Shown here piece by piece: positions 1 to 13,387 of a DNA stretch of 64,000 bases. The position numbers were made by a program, and so were the translations under genes. Source of the stretch: Felis catus (taxonomy: Eukaryota); contig NC_058368.1 of assembly GCF_018350175.1 (NCBI RefSeq), forward strand, positions 29,390,001 to 29,454,000, read 5' to 3'. Below the pieces are notes generated by a model. The model ran no database searches. It saw nothing but the letters and a program-made list of their open reading frames with translations, and had not been told where the DNA came from. Position 1 is the first letter of the stretch, and the number at the start of each line of letters is the position of its first letter.

Positions 1-1080
1 TCCATCCACAATGTTGCAAATGGCAAAATTTCATTCTTTTTGGTCGCTGAGTAATATTCCATTGTGTATATATTCCACATCTTCTTTATCCATTCATCCA
101 TCGATGGGCATTTAGGCTCTTTCCAAACTTTGGCTATTGGTGATAGTTCTGCTGTAAACATTGGGGTGCATGAGTCCCTTTGAATCAACATTTTTGTATC
201 CTTTGGATAAATACCTATTAATGCAATTGCTGGATTGTAGGGTAGTTATATTTTCAATTTTTTGAGGAGCCTCCATACTACTTTCCAGAGTGGCTGCCCT
301 AATTTGCATTCCCACCAGCAGTGCAAAAGATATCCTCTTTCTCCGCATCCTTGCCAACATCTGTTATTTTCTGAGTTGTTAATTTTAATCATTCTGAGGT
401 GGTATCTCATTGTGGTTTTGATTTGTACTTTCCTGATGATGAGTGATGTTGAGCATCTTTTCATGTGTCTGTTAGGCATCTGGATGTCTTCTTTGGAAAA
501 GTGTTCACATTCTTTTGCCCGTTTCTTCACTGGATTATTTGTTTTTTGGGGTGTTAAGTTTGGTGAGTTCTTTATAGATTTTGGATACTAACCCTTTATC
601 CGATATGTCATTTGCAAATTCTTTTCCCATTCCATTCGTTGCCTTTTAGTTTTGTTGATTATTTCCTTCACTGTGCAGAAGCTTTTTATCTTCTTAAGAA
701 GTTGCTGTGGCTGAGGTGAAAGAGGTTGCTGCCTGTTTTCTCCCCTAGGATTTTGATGGTTTCCTGTCTTACATTTAGGTCTTTCATCCACTTTGAGTCT
801 ATTTCTCTGTAAGGGGTAAGAAAGTGGTCCAGGTTCATTCTTCTGCATGTCGCTGTCCAGTTTTCCCAGCACCATTTGCTAAAGAAACTGTCTTTTTTCC
901 ATTGGATATTCTTTACTGCTTTGTCAAATACTAGTTGGCCATAGATTTGTGGGTCCATTTCTGGGTTTTCTATTTTCTTCTATTGATCTATGTGTCTGCT
1001 TTTATGTCAGTACCAGACTGTCCTGATGATTACAGCTTTGTAATACAGCTTGAAGTCCAGCATTGTGATGCCCCCAGCTT
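1..1080 (-). mobile_element. LINE-1 fragment (3' part of ORF2, 5'-truncated; runs off the left edge)
   Basis: Minus-strand ORF pieces match the L1 ORF2 C-terminal region (686-958 IYGQLVFDK...KWCWENW; 246-530 HCWWECKL); frameshifted. Confidence 0.93.
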
Positions 1081-1445
1081 TGGTGTATTAATTTCATGTA
1101 TACAACATAGTGATTTAACCACTGTGTACATTAGTCAGTGCTCACCGTAAGTGCACTTTTTAATCCCTATTACCTATTTCACCCATCCCCCCACCTACCA
1201 CCCCTCTAGTGACCATCAGTTCTCTATAGTTAAGAGTCTGTTTCTTGATTTGTCTCTCTCCCCTTTCCCCCCCTTGTTCCTTTGTTTCTTAAATTCCACA
1301 TATGAGTGAAATCATATGATATTTGTCTCTCTCTGACTGATTTAAATCTTAGTGTTAATTATACTCTCTAACTTCATCCATGTTATTGCAAATGGCAAGA
1401 TTTCATTCATTTTAATGGCTGAATAATATTCTACTGTATATCTGT
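1081..1445 (-). mobile_element. Older LINE-1 3' end/3'UTR fragment
   Basis: Resembles the carnivore L1 3'UTR seen at 4060-4640 and 18840-19240 (tacaacatagtgatt... ccacatatgagtgaaatcata... gcaaatggcaagatttcattc). Confidence 0.8.
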
Positions 1446-1459
1446 CTTTTATTAAAGCA

Positions 1460-2596
1460 AATCTAATCATAAGATAGCATTATAATTTATGGATCCATTT
1501 ATTAGTCTTTTCCCATTTTCTAACCTAACATGGCTGGTTTTGTCCAAAGTTGCCAAAAGTTGCAGAAACAAATAAACCAAATGAAGCCCGGAGTGCCTCT
1601 GTGAGCATTGGTTCCTCCCAGAAGCCAGGGGCTTCACTGACTGAACCAAATGGCTTCCTAGTTTCTGGTTGCTTGGTCTTATGGCCAGTTTTCTCTAACT
1701 GTGCATGCAAGAAAACGAATGCAGACATGTCAAAAGAACCCTCTTTGGGCCATCTGAGACTCAAGCTATTAGTTAAAATTTCCCCGTTAGGTAAGCACTT
1801 CCACGTAGAGACTCTATGTGTGTTGTGTGTATACCCGCCAGAGTCCCTGTGAATTGTTGTTGGTTTCCTGGGAGCTGTTTGGCCTTTAAAGCTCAATTGT
1901 CTCCCTATTCATTTTAGTTTCAGTTTTGGAATAAGGTTTGAGCAAAATCTAAGGATGGTGAGTATGGTGGATTGAGAGGGTGCCGTTTGTGAGTGTCCCT
2001 TCCTCACAGCCATGATACATTCTCTGATGTGCCTTGGTTTCTCTCAGTAAGACCTAAGACTATCAAGGGGCCTCGGAGCATTGGATAATCAGTTCTCACG
2101 TGTGTGTCCTTGGACAAGCCCATCATCAATTACCTTATGAGATGGGAAATTCCTATGGGACCACTATGGGTTTTGAGTACATCCGCTGTGCTTTCAGTCA
2201 CCCGAAAGTACTGTTCAGCTTGAAGAAGCAAGTGTCACTCCTCTTCAGAGCTGAATCATTCAGTCTCTCCTATTTCTAGCCAGAAAATTTACTCAGGCCT
2301 TATACAAAAAACATCAATTCGTATAATGCCAAATTAAAACAACCAACCCATCACCTCCAACCTCTCTAGGTTATTCCCACCTAGAGATTGTTACTGATAA
2401 CCCTGAACAGCTCAAGGATCATCAACTCAAATTGAGGAGGACCAGATATCAGGAGAACTCACTGACATACCTGTGAGGTGCTGAGAAGTAGGAAGGGCAC
2501 AAAGGGGCCCATGTTGGGACCAGGCACAGAGTTCCAGATAACCCCCAGGTGTCGTCAGGTGAGGTGCTCTGATATCCTGCCAACGATGACAAGAAA
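1460..2596 (-). mobile_element. Decayed ERV1-like internal region (leader plus gag matrix remnant)
   Basis: Minus ORF 1525-1896 contains LRWPKEGSFD...LHAQLEK, a gamma-like Gag MA motif similar to QWLLWETFNLHKLVLLKIKLE of the second ERV at about 18690-18760. A PBS-like site adjoins an LTR-like end. Confidence 0.7.
2574..2591 (-). promoter_or_regulatory. Degenerate tRNA-Ser primer-binding site
   Basis: Minus strand reads TGTCATCGTTGGCAGGAT, versus TGGCGTAGTCGGCAGGAT (complement of the tRNA-Ser 3' end); it lies 5 nt after a ...TGACA LTR-like end. Confidence 0.6.
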
Positions 2597-2842
2597 TGTC
2601 AATGCAAATTGGATAGACCTTGTAGAATCTCTAAAAGTAAGACAGTTTTATTCGAGCCCAAGTTAGGACAGTTGCCCGGGAAACACACTCTTCACAGGGA
2701 ACAAAGTGCTCCAGAGAATGAACAGGTTTCACAGTTACGTGCTTTTTTACATATTGTAAAAGCTCAAAAGATGTGCTCCAGGGCAAGCCCTTTGCTATCT
2801 CTAAGAAAGGAGGGGCCAGCAAGCTTTTAAGACCTCAAAACA
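2597..2842 (-). mobile_element. Probable 5' LTR of the minus-strand ERV (right boundary uncertain)
   Basis: Ends in ...TTGACA next to the PBS and has a minus-strand AATAAA (plus TTTATT near 2647) about 50 nt from that end. Confidence 0.5.
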
Positions 2843-3214
2843 TCTGTGAAATACAGAAAAAAATTAATGTATGTATTTTAACTAGCAGTGTATAAGATTC
2901 CTCCAGAATGGACCTCGTGGAGCCAAACGTCATAAAGGTTACCCACTGTATCCACAGTCTTGACATGCTCAGGAAAAAAAGTCCACAGTGATCATTGCAG
3001 AGCAGTGAGAGATTATCGGGACTTTTTTTTTTTTTTTACTTCTTTATTATTTGGGGTTTTATATTCATAATAATATATATTATTTACGATCAATGTACAC
3101 ATATATTAAAAATATGAAATAATTGGTGATGGTAGAAATGATGATATGAAATATTTAACTTCTTGAAAAATCCAGGTAATTTAAAGCTCGTATGTTCTCT
3201 AATCTTTCTTTTTT

Positions 3215-3434
3215 TTAAACAAATTTTTATGTTTATTTATTTTGAGAGAGAGATAGAGTAAATGCACACACAAGTGGAAGAGGCGCAAAGGGAGAAGGAG
3301 AGAGAGAATCCCAAGCAGGCTCCACACTGTCAGCACAGAGTCCTACATAGGGCTTGAATTCACAAACTGTGAGATCATGACCTGAGCTGAGATCAAGAGT
3401 CAGACATTTAACCAACTGAGCCACCCAGGTGCCC
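3215..3434 (-). mobile_element. Carnivore SINE (SINEC)
   Basis: tRNA-like head, CT tract and A tail; flanked by tctaatctttc direct repeats. Confidence 0.9.
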
Positions 3435-4019
3435 TTCTAATCTTTCAAAGCAAATAGAAAAGTACTGTTTTTACCGATTTGATTCCTTACATTTTTGACA
3501 ACAGTGTTTTCTGAGCAATTTGTTTTTGTTTTGTTTTTTTTTATAATGTTTTATCTGAATTTTATTTTTAAAAATTTATCTGAATGTTTTTGTTAACAAA
3601 TTAGCTGAACCAGAATATACCTTGTGCATTTCTCTGAAATTTTATTTTATTTTATTATTTTTTAATTAATAATTCATTCTTTAATTTACATTCAAGTTAG
3701 TTAGCATATGGTGCAACAATGATTTCAGGAGTAGATTCCTTAATGCTCCTTACCCATTTAGCCCATAGCCCATTCCCTGAGCAATTCTTAAAACTAGTTC
3801 AACGTAAGATTTACTTCCAAACTTCTGAGAATACCGTCTTTTTTATTTTCTTTTTTACAATTAACATGGGGTTTGAACTCATGACCCCAAGATTAAGAGT
3901 CATATGTTCTACTGACTGAGCCAGCCAGGCACCTGGAGAATCCCTCTTATTCCAAAGGTAAAGGAAATAATTTAAAGAATGCATCAGAGAGAACTACTAT
4001 ATGATGAAGTGTGGTTTTA

Positions 4020-4366
4020 TATTTATTTTTTATTTCAAGTTTTTATTTTAATTCCAGTACTGTTAACACACAATGATATATTAGTTTCAGGTGTACAGTG
4101 TAGTGATTCAACCTTTCCATACTTCACCCTGTGCTCATCTGGACAAGGGCACTTCTTAATCCTGATTACTTATTTAAAAGACTCCCACCCCTCCCCTCTG
4201 GTAATCATCAGTTTGTTCTCTATAATTGAGTCCCTTTCTTGGGGCACCTGGGTGGCTCAATCAGTTAAATGTTTGCCTCTTGATTTGGGCTCAAGTCATG
4301 ATCTTGCAGTTCATGGGTTCACGTCCTGTGTCGGGCTCTGCACTGGCAGCGTGGAGCCTGCTTGGG

Positions 4367-4417
<51 letters not shown>

Positions 4418-4715
4418 GCCCTTCTCCCACCTGTGTTCTCTCTCTCAAAACAAATGAATAAACTTAATTAAAAAACAGAGTCCCTTTATTGTTTCTCTTT
4501 TTTTCCCCCTTGCTTGTTTTTTTTTTCTTAAATTTTACATATGAATGAAATCGTACGGTATTTGTCTTTCTCTGACTTATTTCACTTGGCATAATATTCT
4601 CTAGCTTCATCCATGTCTCTGCAAATGGAAATATTTCATTCTTTTTTTATGACTGAATAATATTCCATAATAATTCCATAATATAACTGAATAATATTAT
4701 GACTGAATAATAATG

Positions 4716-4763
<48 letters not shown>

Positions 4764-7700
4764 CCATCTTCTTTATCCATTTATCAATTGATGGATAGTT
4801 GGGTTGCCTCCATAACTTGGCTATTGTAAAAAATGCTGTAGTAAACATAGGGGTGCATGTACCTGTTTGAATTAATGTTCTTGTATTTTGGGGGTAAATA
4901 CCCAGTAGCGCCATTGCTGGATCATAAGATAGTTCCATTTTTAACTTTTTTTTTTTTTAAAGTAAGCTCTGTGCCCAATGTGGCACTTGAATCCAAGACC
5001 CTGAGATCAAGAGGTGCATGCTCTATCTGAACCAGCCAAGCACTCCACTATTTTTAACTTTTTGAGGAATCTCCATACTGTTTTCCACAGTGGCTGCACC
5101 AGTTTGCATTTCCACCAATAGCACACAAGGGTTCCCCTTTCTCCACAACCTCGTCAACACCTGTTGTTTCTTGTGTTTTTGATTTTAGCCATTCTGACAC
5201 ATGAGAGATGATATCTCATTCTCATTTTGATTTGCATTTCCCTGATGATCAGGGATAATGAGCATATTTTCATGTGTCTGTTGGCCATCTGTATGTCTTC
5301 TGGAGAAGTGTCTGTTCATATCTTCTGCCCAATTTTAAATTGATTAGTTGTTTTTTCAGTGTTGAGTTTTATAAGTTCTTTATATATTTTGGATACTAGG
5401 ACTTTATTGGATATGTCATTTGCAAATATCTTCTCCCATTCCATAGGCTGCCTTTTAGTTTTGTTGATTGTTTCCTTTGCTGTGCAGAAAGTTTTTATTT
5501 TGAGGTAATCCCAATAGTTTATTTTTGCTTTTGTTTCTTTTGCCTCAGGAGACATGTCTCGAAAGAAGTTTCTATGGTCCATGTCAAAGAAGTTACTGGC
5601 TGTGTTCTCTTCTAGGATTTTTACGGTTTCAGGTCTCACGTTTAGGTCTTTAATCCATTTGAATTTATTATTTTGTAAAAAAGTGGCCAAGTTTCTTTCT
5701 TTTGCCTGTAGTTGACCAGTTTTCCCAACTCCGTTTGCTGAAGAGACTGTCTTTTTCCCATTGTATATTCTTTCCTGCTTTGTCGAAGATTGACCATATA
5801 ATTGTGGGTTTATTTTTGGGTTTTCTATTCTGTTCTATTGACATGTGTGTCTATTCGGCCAGTATCATAATGTTTGGATTACTACAGCTTTGTAGTATAA
5901 CTTGAAGTCCAATATTGTGATACCTCCAGTTTTGCTTTTCTTTTTCTTTTTCAAGATTGCTTTGGCTATTCAGGGTCTTTTGTGGTTCCATACAAATTTT
6001 AGGATTGTTTGTTCTAGTTTTGTGAGAAGTACTGTTGGTATTTTGATAAGGATTGCAATAAATGTGGAGATTGCTTTGGATAGTATAAACATTTTAATAA
6101 TATTCCTCTAATCCATGAGCATGGAATATTTTTCCATTTCTTTGTGTCTTCTTCAATTTCTTTCATCGGTGTTTTATAGTTTTCTGAGTACAGGTTCTTC
6201 ATCTCTTCGGTTAGGTTAGATTTATTCCTAGGTTTCTTATTTTTGGTACAATTGTAAATGGGATTGTTTTCTTAATTTTATTTTCTGATGCTTCATTATT
6301 GGTATATAGAAATGCAACAGCTTTCTGTACCTTGATTTTTTTTATCCAGGGACTTTACTGAATTCATTTATCAGTTACAGGATTTTTTTGGTGGAGTCTT
6401 TTGGGTTACCTGTATATAGTATCATGTCATCTGTAAATAATAAAAGTTTTACTTCTTCCTTACCCATGTGGATGCCTTTTATTTCTTTTTCTTCTATGAT
6501 TGCTGTGGTTAGGACTTCCAGTACTATGTTGAATAAAAGTGGTGAGAATGGACATCCTTGTTTTGTCCCTGACCTTAGGGGAAAAGCTCTCAGGTTTTCC
6601 CCCATTGAATTTGATTTTGCTGTGGGTTTTCAATATGTGGCCTTTATTATGTTGAAGTATGTTTCCTCTAAACCTTCTTTGTTGACGGTTTTTATCATGA
6701 ATGTTGTACTTTGTCAAATGCTTTTTCTGTACCTATTGAAATGATCATATGGTTTTTATCCTTATTTTTTATTGATGTGATGTATCGTGTTGATTGGCTT
6801 GCGAATACTGGACCACCCTCAGAACCCCAGAATAATTCCCACTAGATCGTGGGATGGTTTTTGAATGTATTATTGAATTCACTTTAGTAGTATTTTATTG
6901 AGAATTTTTGCATCTATTTTCATCAGGGATATTGGCCTGTAGTTTTCTTTTTTAGTGGTATCTTTATCCAGTTTGGATATCAGGGTAATGGCATCATAGA
7001 ATGAATTTGGAAGTTTTCCTTCCTTTTCTAATTTTTGGAATAGTTTGAAAAAAATAAGTATTAACTCTTTTTTAAATATTTGATAGAATTTGCCTGTGAA
7101 GCCATCTAGCCATGGACTTTTGCTAAGAGTTTTTTGATTACTGATTCAATACCTTTGTTGCTTATCTTTCTGTTGATATTTTCTTTCTTTTTCAGTTTTG
7201 GTAGTTTATATATTTCTAGAAATTTATTCATTTCTTCTAAGTTGTCCAGTTTGTTGGCATATAGTTTTTCATAATATTATGATTATTTGTATTTCTGTTG
7301 GTGTTGGCTGTTATTTCTGCTCTCTCATTTGTGATTTTATTTGAGTCCTTTCTCTTTTTTTCTTGATAAGCCTGGCTAGAGGTTTATCAATTTTGTTAAT
7401 TTTTTTCAAATAACCAACTCCTGGATTCGTTGATCTGTTCCATTGGTTTTTTTTTTTTAATGTTTTTTTGTTATCATTTTTTTTTTAATTTTTGAGAGAG
7501 AGAGAGAGAGAGACAGAACACAAACAGGGGAGGAGCAGAAAGAGAGAGGGAAACACAGAATCTGAAGCAGGCTCCAGGCTCTGCGCTGTCAGCACACAGA
7601 GCCTGACTCAGGACTCGAACCCATGAACTGTGAGATTATGACCTGAGCCAAGGTGAGGTGCTTAAATGACTGAGCCACCCAGGTGTCCCTGTTCTGTTTT

Positions 7701-9509
7701 TTGTTTGTTTGTTTGTTTTTGTTTTTGTTTTTAGTTTCTATATCATTCATTTGTTTCTGCTCTAATCTTTATTATTTCCTTCCTTCTGCTGGTTTTAGGT
7801 TTTATTGTTCTTTCTGTAGCTCTTTTAGGTGTAAGGGTAGATTGTTTATATGAGATTTATCTTACTACTTAAGTTAGACCTATACTGCTTTTATAAACTT
7901 CCCTCTTAGAACTGCTTTTGTTGCATCCCAGAGGTTTTGGATCATTGTGCTTTCGTTTTTATGTTTCCATGTATTTTTAATTTCTTCTTTTATTTGGTTG
8001 ATCCATTTGTTGTTTAGCAGCATGTTATTTAAACTCCATGTATTTGTGTTCTTTCCAGGTTTTTTTCTTGTGGTTCATTTTTAGTTTCATAGCATTGTGT
8101 TCAGAAAAGATGCATGGTATGATTTCAATCTTTTTCAATTTGTGAGACTTGTTTTGTGGCCTAAAATGTTACTGTTTCTGGAGAATGTTCTATGTGCACT
8201 TGAAAAGAATGTGTATTCTGTTTTAGGATGGAATGTTCATAATATATCTGTTAAATCCATCTGTTCCAGTGTGTCACTCAAAGGTATTGTTTTCTTGTTG
8301 ATTTTCTGTTTAGATGATCTCTCCATTGATGTAAGTGGGGAGCTAACGTCCTTTATAATTAATGTTTATTTATTTTTGAGAGAGAGAGAGAGACAGAGTG
8401 CGAGTTGGGGAGGGGCAGAGAGAGAGGGACACAGAATCTGAAGCAGCCCCAGCCTCTGAGCTGTCAGCACAGAGCCCAACGTGAGGCTCGCACACACGAA
8501 CCATGAGATCATGACATGAGTTGAAGTCAGACACCCAACCGACTAAGCCACCCAGGCACTCCATGTCCTTTATAATTATTGTACCACTATCGATTAGTTC
8601 CTTTATATTTGTTATGAACTATTTTATGTTTTGGGGTGTTCCTATGATGGCTGCCTAAATATTTATAATTGTTATATCTTCTTGTTGGATCATCCCCTTT
8701 ATTATTATATAGTGTCCTTCTTTGTCTCTTGTTACAGTCTTTGTTTTAAAGTCTCTTTTGTCTAATAGAAGTATTGCTACTCCAGCTTTTTTGACATCCA
8801 TTTGCATGATAGATATTTTTCCATCCCTCACTTTCAATCTTTAGGTGCCTTTATATCTCAAATAAGTCTCTTGTGGGCAGCATATAGACGGGTCTTACTT
8901 TTCTTTTCCATTCTGTCACCTTATGTCTGTTGATTGGACCATTTAGTCTATTTACATTCAAAGTAATTATTGCGATACCTGGGTGGCTCCACTCAGGTCA
9001 TGATCTCATGGTTGTGAGATCGAGCCCTGCTTTGGGCTCCGTGCTGGGTGTGGAGCCTGCTTGGGATTCTTTCTTTCTCTGTCCCTCTCCCTTTCAAAGA
9101 ACAGATTTTTAAAAAGTAATCATTGACAGATATTATTTATTGCCATTTTGTTACTTGTTTTGTGGTTGTTTCTGAAGATTTTCTCTGACTCTTTCTTGTC
9201 ATTCTCTCTTTCAAGTTTTGCTGATTTTCTTTAGAAATTTATTTGGATTTCTTTCTCTTTATTCTTCACGTTTATTAGTAGTTTTTGATATATGGTTACT
9301 ATTAGGTTTGTATATAAATTCTTCTGCATTAGCAGTCTCTATTAAGTTGATGATCATTTAAGTTTGAACTCATTCTTCTTTCCTCTGCATGTTTTAGGTA
9401 TATATTATTATATCCTTTTTGGGGGTAGTTCCTTGACTGATTTTATAGAGAAATATTCATTTATACTGATTTTGTATTTCCTACCTTTTTACTGTCAGTT
9501 TTGGTCTCT

Positions 9510-9585
<76 letters not shown>

Positions 9586-11806
9586 AATTTTTTTTTAAAT
9601 TTTTTAAAAGTTATTTATTTATATAATCTCTGCACCCACTGTGGGGCTCAAAATCACATGCTCTACTGATTGAGCTAGCCAGGCCCCCCTTTCTACTCAA
9701 AGAGTCCCATTTAATATTTCTTACAGGGTTGATTAGTGGTCATGAACTTTAGTTTTTGTCTGGGAAACTCTTAATCTCTCCTTCTATTCTGAATGATAAC
9801 CTTGCTGAATAAAGTATCCTTGCCTGCAGATTTTTCCTATTCAGCACTTTGAATATGTCATGCCACTTATGGGGTTTCCCTTGTAAGATACTTCTTTTGT
9901 TTTGCTTTCTTATTTATTTATTTAATTTACTTATTGAGAGAAAGAGAGAATCCCAAGCTTTCAGCACGTAGAGGCTGACACAGGGCTTGAACTCAGAAAC
10001 CATGAGCTCGTGACCTGAGCCAAAACCGAGTTGTGTGCTCTACTAACGGAGCCACCCAGGCGCCCCTGTCTTGGTTTTAAGATTTATCACCACTTTTTTT
10101 CAATTTAGTTACAATGTATCTTGGTGTGGGTCTGCTTTTGTAGATTTTGATGGGAAATCTCTGTGCCTCCTGTACCTGGATGTGTTTCCTTCCAAGATTA
10201 GGGAACCTTTCAGCTATTTCTTCAGATTTTCTACCCCCTTTTTTCTCTCTCTTCTTCTGGGTGTCCCATAATATGAAATTATTACATTTGATGGAGTTGC
10301 TAAATTTCCTGTCTGTTCTTGTTTCATGTAATTGTTTTTACTCTCTTTTGTTCAACTTGATTATGTTCCATTACTCCGTCTTCTAGGTCACTAATTTGTT
10401 CCTCTGCTTCTTCCATCCCACTATTCATTCTGTCATGCGTGTTTCTTATTTCATTTATTGAGCTCTTTATCTCTGCTATGTTATTCGTATCTCTGAGTTA
10501 AGTGTCTCATGTCAGTTTTCTCAAGTCCAGTGAGTATATTGTGGTCATTGCTTTAAACTGGTGTGTTAGATGTATCTGTTTTGCTTAGATCTCTAGCCAT
10601 GGACTTGTTCTTTGAGCTGGGAAAATTTTCTCTCATTTTGTCTGCTTCTCTGTGTGTTTCTATGTGTTGTCAACTAGGTATTCTGTTCTTAAAAGTAGTG
10701 ATTATAAACAGGAGGTCCTGGAGTGCCCTGCAGTGCAGTATCCCCTGTTCATCAGAACCTGGCACTGCAGGAGAGTACTTATGTGTGTTGACACCCTGCT
10801 GTTGTGTCACTTTTCCTTTCAGTGCAGTTGTCTGCACTGACTCTCTGCATGTTGTGGGCTGTGATTGTTCTCTGTGGTGTTAGTGGGACTCTGGCAGGCC
10901 AGCTCTGATGGCCTGTGCCCACAGGGGAACTTGGGAGTGGGAAGCAGTGTTAGCAAAATTTGTGTTGGGACCCTAGTCCTATGCTAGATTTCGCAAAATA
11001 TTGTGGCAGCTGGGAACTTGTGCACTGGGGCCAAGTGGTGGGTGTTCAAGGTTGGGCATGGGGCAGCGCTGGGTGATTTGCACAGTGGCAGGCAATACCT
11101 GGTGGCTAGGCAGGGTGTAAGCATAGCTTTAGCAAAATTTGCACTGAGCCCAGGGACGAGGCCTCCAGGCTTGGAGGGGGAAAGTGCTCTGGAGAACTTG
11201 TGGGGATGGTATATTGGTAGTACATTCGGTAGCAAGTGTCTGTGCAGTACCACCTCCTGCAGGTGGCTCTGTTTATGCTCGTGGGTGAGGGAGGAAAACA
11301 GTACCTGCCAGCTCCCTCATTTTCCAAATCCCTTAACATGCTCCATACTCGGTAGGAACAGCTCTCCTATTTGTCCCTGGCGTTGTGTAAGCTGCCATTT
11401 TTATGTTGCCTCTCCAAGCCAGCTGCTCTGTAAGAGCGGAGACACAGCTATCGCTTGCCCAGTGCAGAGTTGGCTGACTCCAGGATCCAAGTCCCACTGG
11501 TTTTACAAACACAGGTTGGTTTTTAAAGCCAACCTTATGGGGATTAGCTTCCCTTGCGTGCGATGGCCTGTATCTCTGCTCTCTCCATACAGGAGAGCTC
11601 CCTCTCTCCTGCTGGCAGCCTCCCTCTGCCTAGCTGACCGTCCTGACCTTTGAGAGGCAGCTCCACGTCTATAATTAGCTGTGGTTTGTTCTGCCAGTCT
11701 TCAGATCATTCTCTGGTTTATTGACCTGGATATGGATGGTATCTAGTTGTAAATGTGGGACAGGGTGAGCTTGGGGTCCTCTTAATCCACCATCTTCCCA
11801 AGCTCC
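4020..11806 (-). mobile_element. Near full-length decayed LINE-1 (5'UTR, ORF1, ORF2, 3'UTR) with several nested SINEs and microsatellites
   Basis: 5' end GGAGCTTGGGAAGATGG at about 11806. ORF2 pieces: 8655-8837 (endonuclease, KAGVAILL...RDKEGHY), 6375-6605 ([12 protein letters not shown]...FTDD), 5316-5690 and 4636-4938. 3' A-rich tail at about 4020-4050. SINEs at about 4241-4478, 7455-7690, 8360-8563, 8973-9110 and 9910-10066. Confidence 0.93.
9512..9584. repeat. (TA)n(CA)n compound microsatellite
   Basis: Read directly. Confidence 0.95.
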
Positions 11807-12123
11807 TGATGATAAGGTATGTTTTTTGCATATTTTGTATGAGCTACGTGGGGGTAAAATAAAGTAGCATTCCATTTATGGTCTTATTACTTTCTCCAAT
11901 TAAGGGCAGTCGAGCACCAAAATGTACTGCTTAGGTAGATGACAAATGCACTATTGAGAACCTAAAATATTTCTTCATACGCTATGTATTCATGAAATAC
12001 CTAAATAAGTAGACTGATCAAATATAGTCAAATCTCCAAATACTGTTTCACCAATGCTGTTAACTCTGATCAGTATTAGAAAAAAAAATCCAATCCAATA
12101 TTAATTAACTCATTCATAAAGTT

Positions 12124-12129
12124 TTTAAT
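12124..12129 (-). terminator. Candidate distal WBP4 poly(A) signal (ATTAAA)
   Basis: Plus TTTAAT about 1.05 kb downstream of the stop, in AT-rich sequence with nearby TGTA motifs; usage not demonstrable from sequence. Confidence 0.35.
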
Positions 12130-12477
12130 AAGCTATCATTTTCTTACATGTACACTAGTAAACTTAAAAAGACAAATATTTACTACCAAACGTTAAATAC
12201 TGTACAATTTATAAAAAATATAATTTTAAGAATTTGGAGTAATAAAGGGAAGAAACCATCTTCAAATGGATAAAATAAGAAAATCCTAGTTGTTAAGAAA
12301 TGTAACCAGAAAAGATATTTCCAATTTGTCTAAGGGAATACTAAAACTTTACTGAAGTCAGAGATCATAGTATTTTTGTTCAAGCCTTTATCTACATAGC
12401 TTTAAATAAGCCTGAAAAATTACTTTCTAGTATATATAAGGCTGTTTGAAACAGAGTGCATGACTGAGAGAAGGACT

Positions 12478-12562
12478 ATGCTAGCATGTGAAATCATGAA
12501 GAACAGGGATATATCTTATTCATCTTTATATCCTCAGCTCCTAGCATAATGCCTAGCTCAAG
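12478..12562 (+). mobile_element. Ancient L2 3'-end fragment downstream of the WBP4 stop
   Basis: tgtgaaatcatgaagaacaggga...tatcctcagctcctagcataatgcctagc resembles the L2 3' terminus. Confidence 0.6.
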
Positions 12563-13045
12563 GCTTGCTGCTTTGAACCAAACTGGGGAAATACACATTT
12601 CTACCTTTGGTCCTAATTTCATTCCATATTAAGCACTACATTTAAAGTTCCTGAGTTGCAGTCCTGGTTCTTGGCCCTTAGCCTTAAACTGGGTATGGTA
12701 GGCCAACACACATAAACATTCTGTATCAGCCTTTTGACAGAATCCTTAGAACTGAACCATCACGGGCCTGTGAATCTTCTCTTATGTGGTCTGATTCTTA
12801 TTTCTTGGATAAGTTAGTATCAGTGTGCAAAAGTAATGCATTTTCGGTGCAGGATAAGAATGTGCTTATGAGTAAGAATGGAATAAAGGCCTTGTTTTTC
12901 CATGTTTTAAGTAACAGATACATAGCATCTTATATTACGACATAATTAGCATTTTTAGACACTCAATATAATACACTGTATTACAATGAAATGTGGTGGT
13001 AGGCTTCCATTTTAGGAGCAAAAATAAGTTTCACATGAAAAAAGA

Positions 13046-13051
13046 TTTATT
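13046..13051 (-). terminator. Candidate proximal WBP4 poly(A) signal (AATAAA)
   Basis: Plus TTTATT about 125 nt downstream of the stop codon. Confidence 0.45.
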
Positions 13052-13176
13052 TTAGATTCACAGAAAATACATTTAGAATAAATCTAAATTTTTAGCATTT
13101 AAACAAACACAGAGGAGCTTCAAGATGTATAGTCTCCATGCGGTCTGAAAAGCAGGTACAAAAAGCTCTTTTGCAA

Positions 13177-13387
13177 TTACTGATCATCACCTCGTTGCCT
13201 TAAATTTCTAGATTTTCCATTTTCAATTCTTCTCTTTTTAAAGACTGGGGCCACTCCATCTGCCACGATTCCAAGAGAAGTGACTGTTTTTTCTTTAAAT
13301 ACCATTTTAGATTGTCCACCAATATCAGGTTCTGAAGTTGATACACACTCATTTTCAGTGCATGGAAGTTCAAAATCTACCTCCTCA
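13177..13387 (-). CDS. WBP4: WW domain-binding protein 4 (FBP21), last coding exon
   Basis: Encodes (H)EEVDFELPCTENECVSTSEPDIGGQSKMVFKEKTVTSLGIVADGVAPVFKKRRIENGKSRNLRQRGDDQ*, which I recognise as the WBP4 C-terminus. Acceptor ttctttctgtttcAG at 13389-13388; stop TAA at 13179-13177; phase matches the upstream exon. Confidence 0.93.

Noticed and set aside
2886..3020. Possible small exon (QCIRFLQNGPRGAKRHKG on the plus strand)
   Set aside because: No recognisable protein, weak splice context and no partner exon.
11003..11653. Longest ORF in the track (216 aa, plus strand)
   Set aside because: Antisense to a GC-rich L1 5'UTR, GTG start, no recognisable domain; an expected chance ORF.
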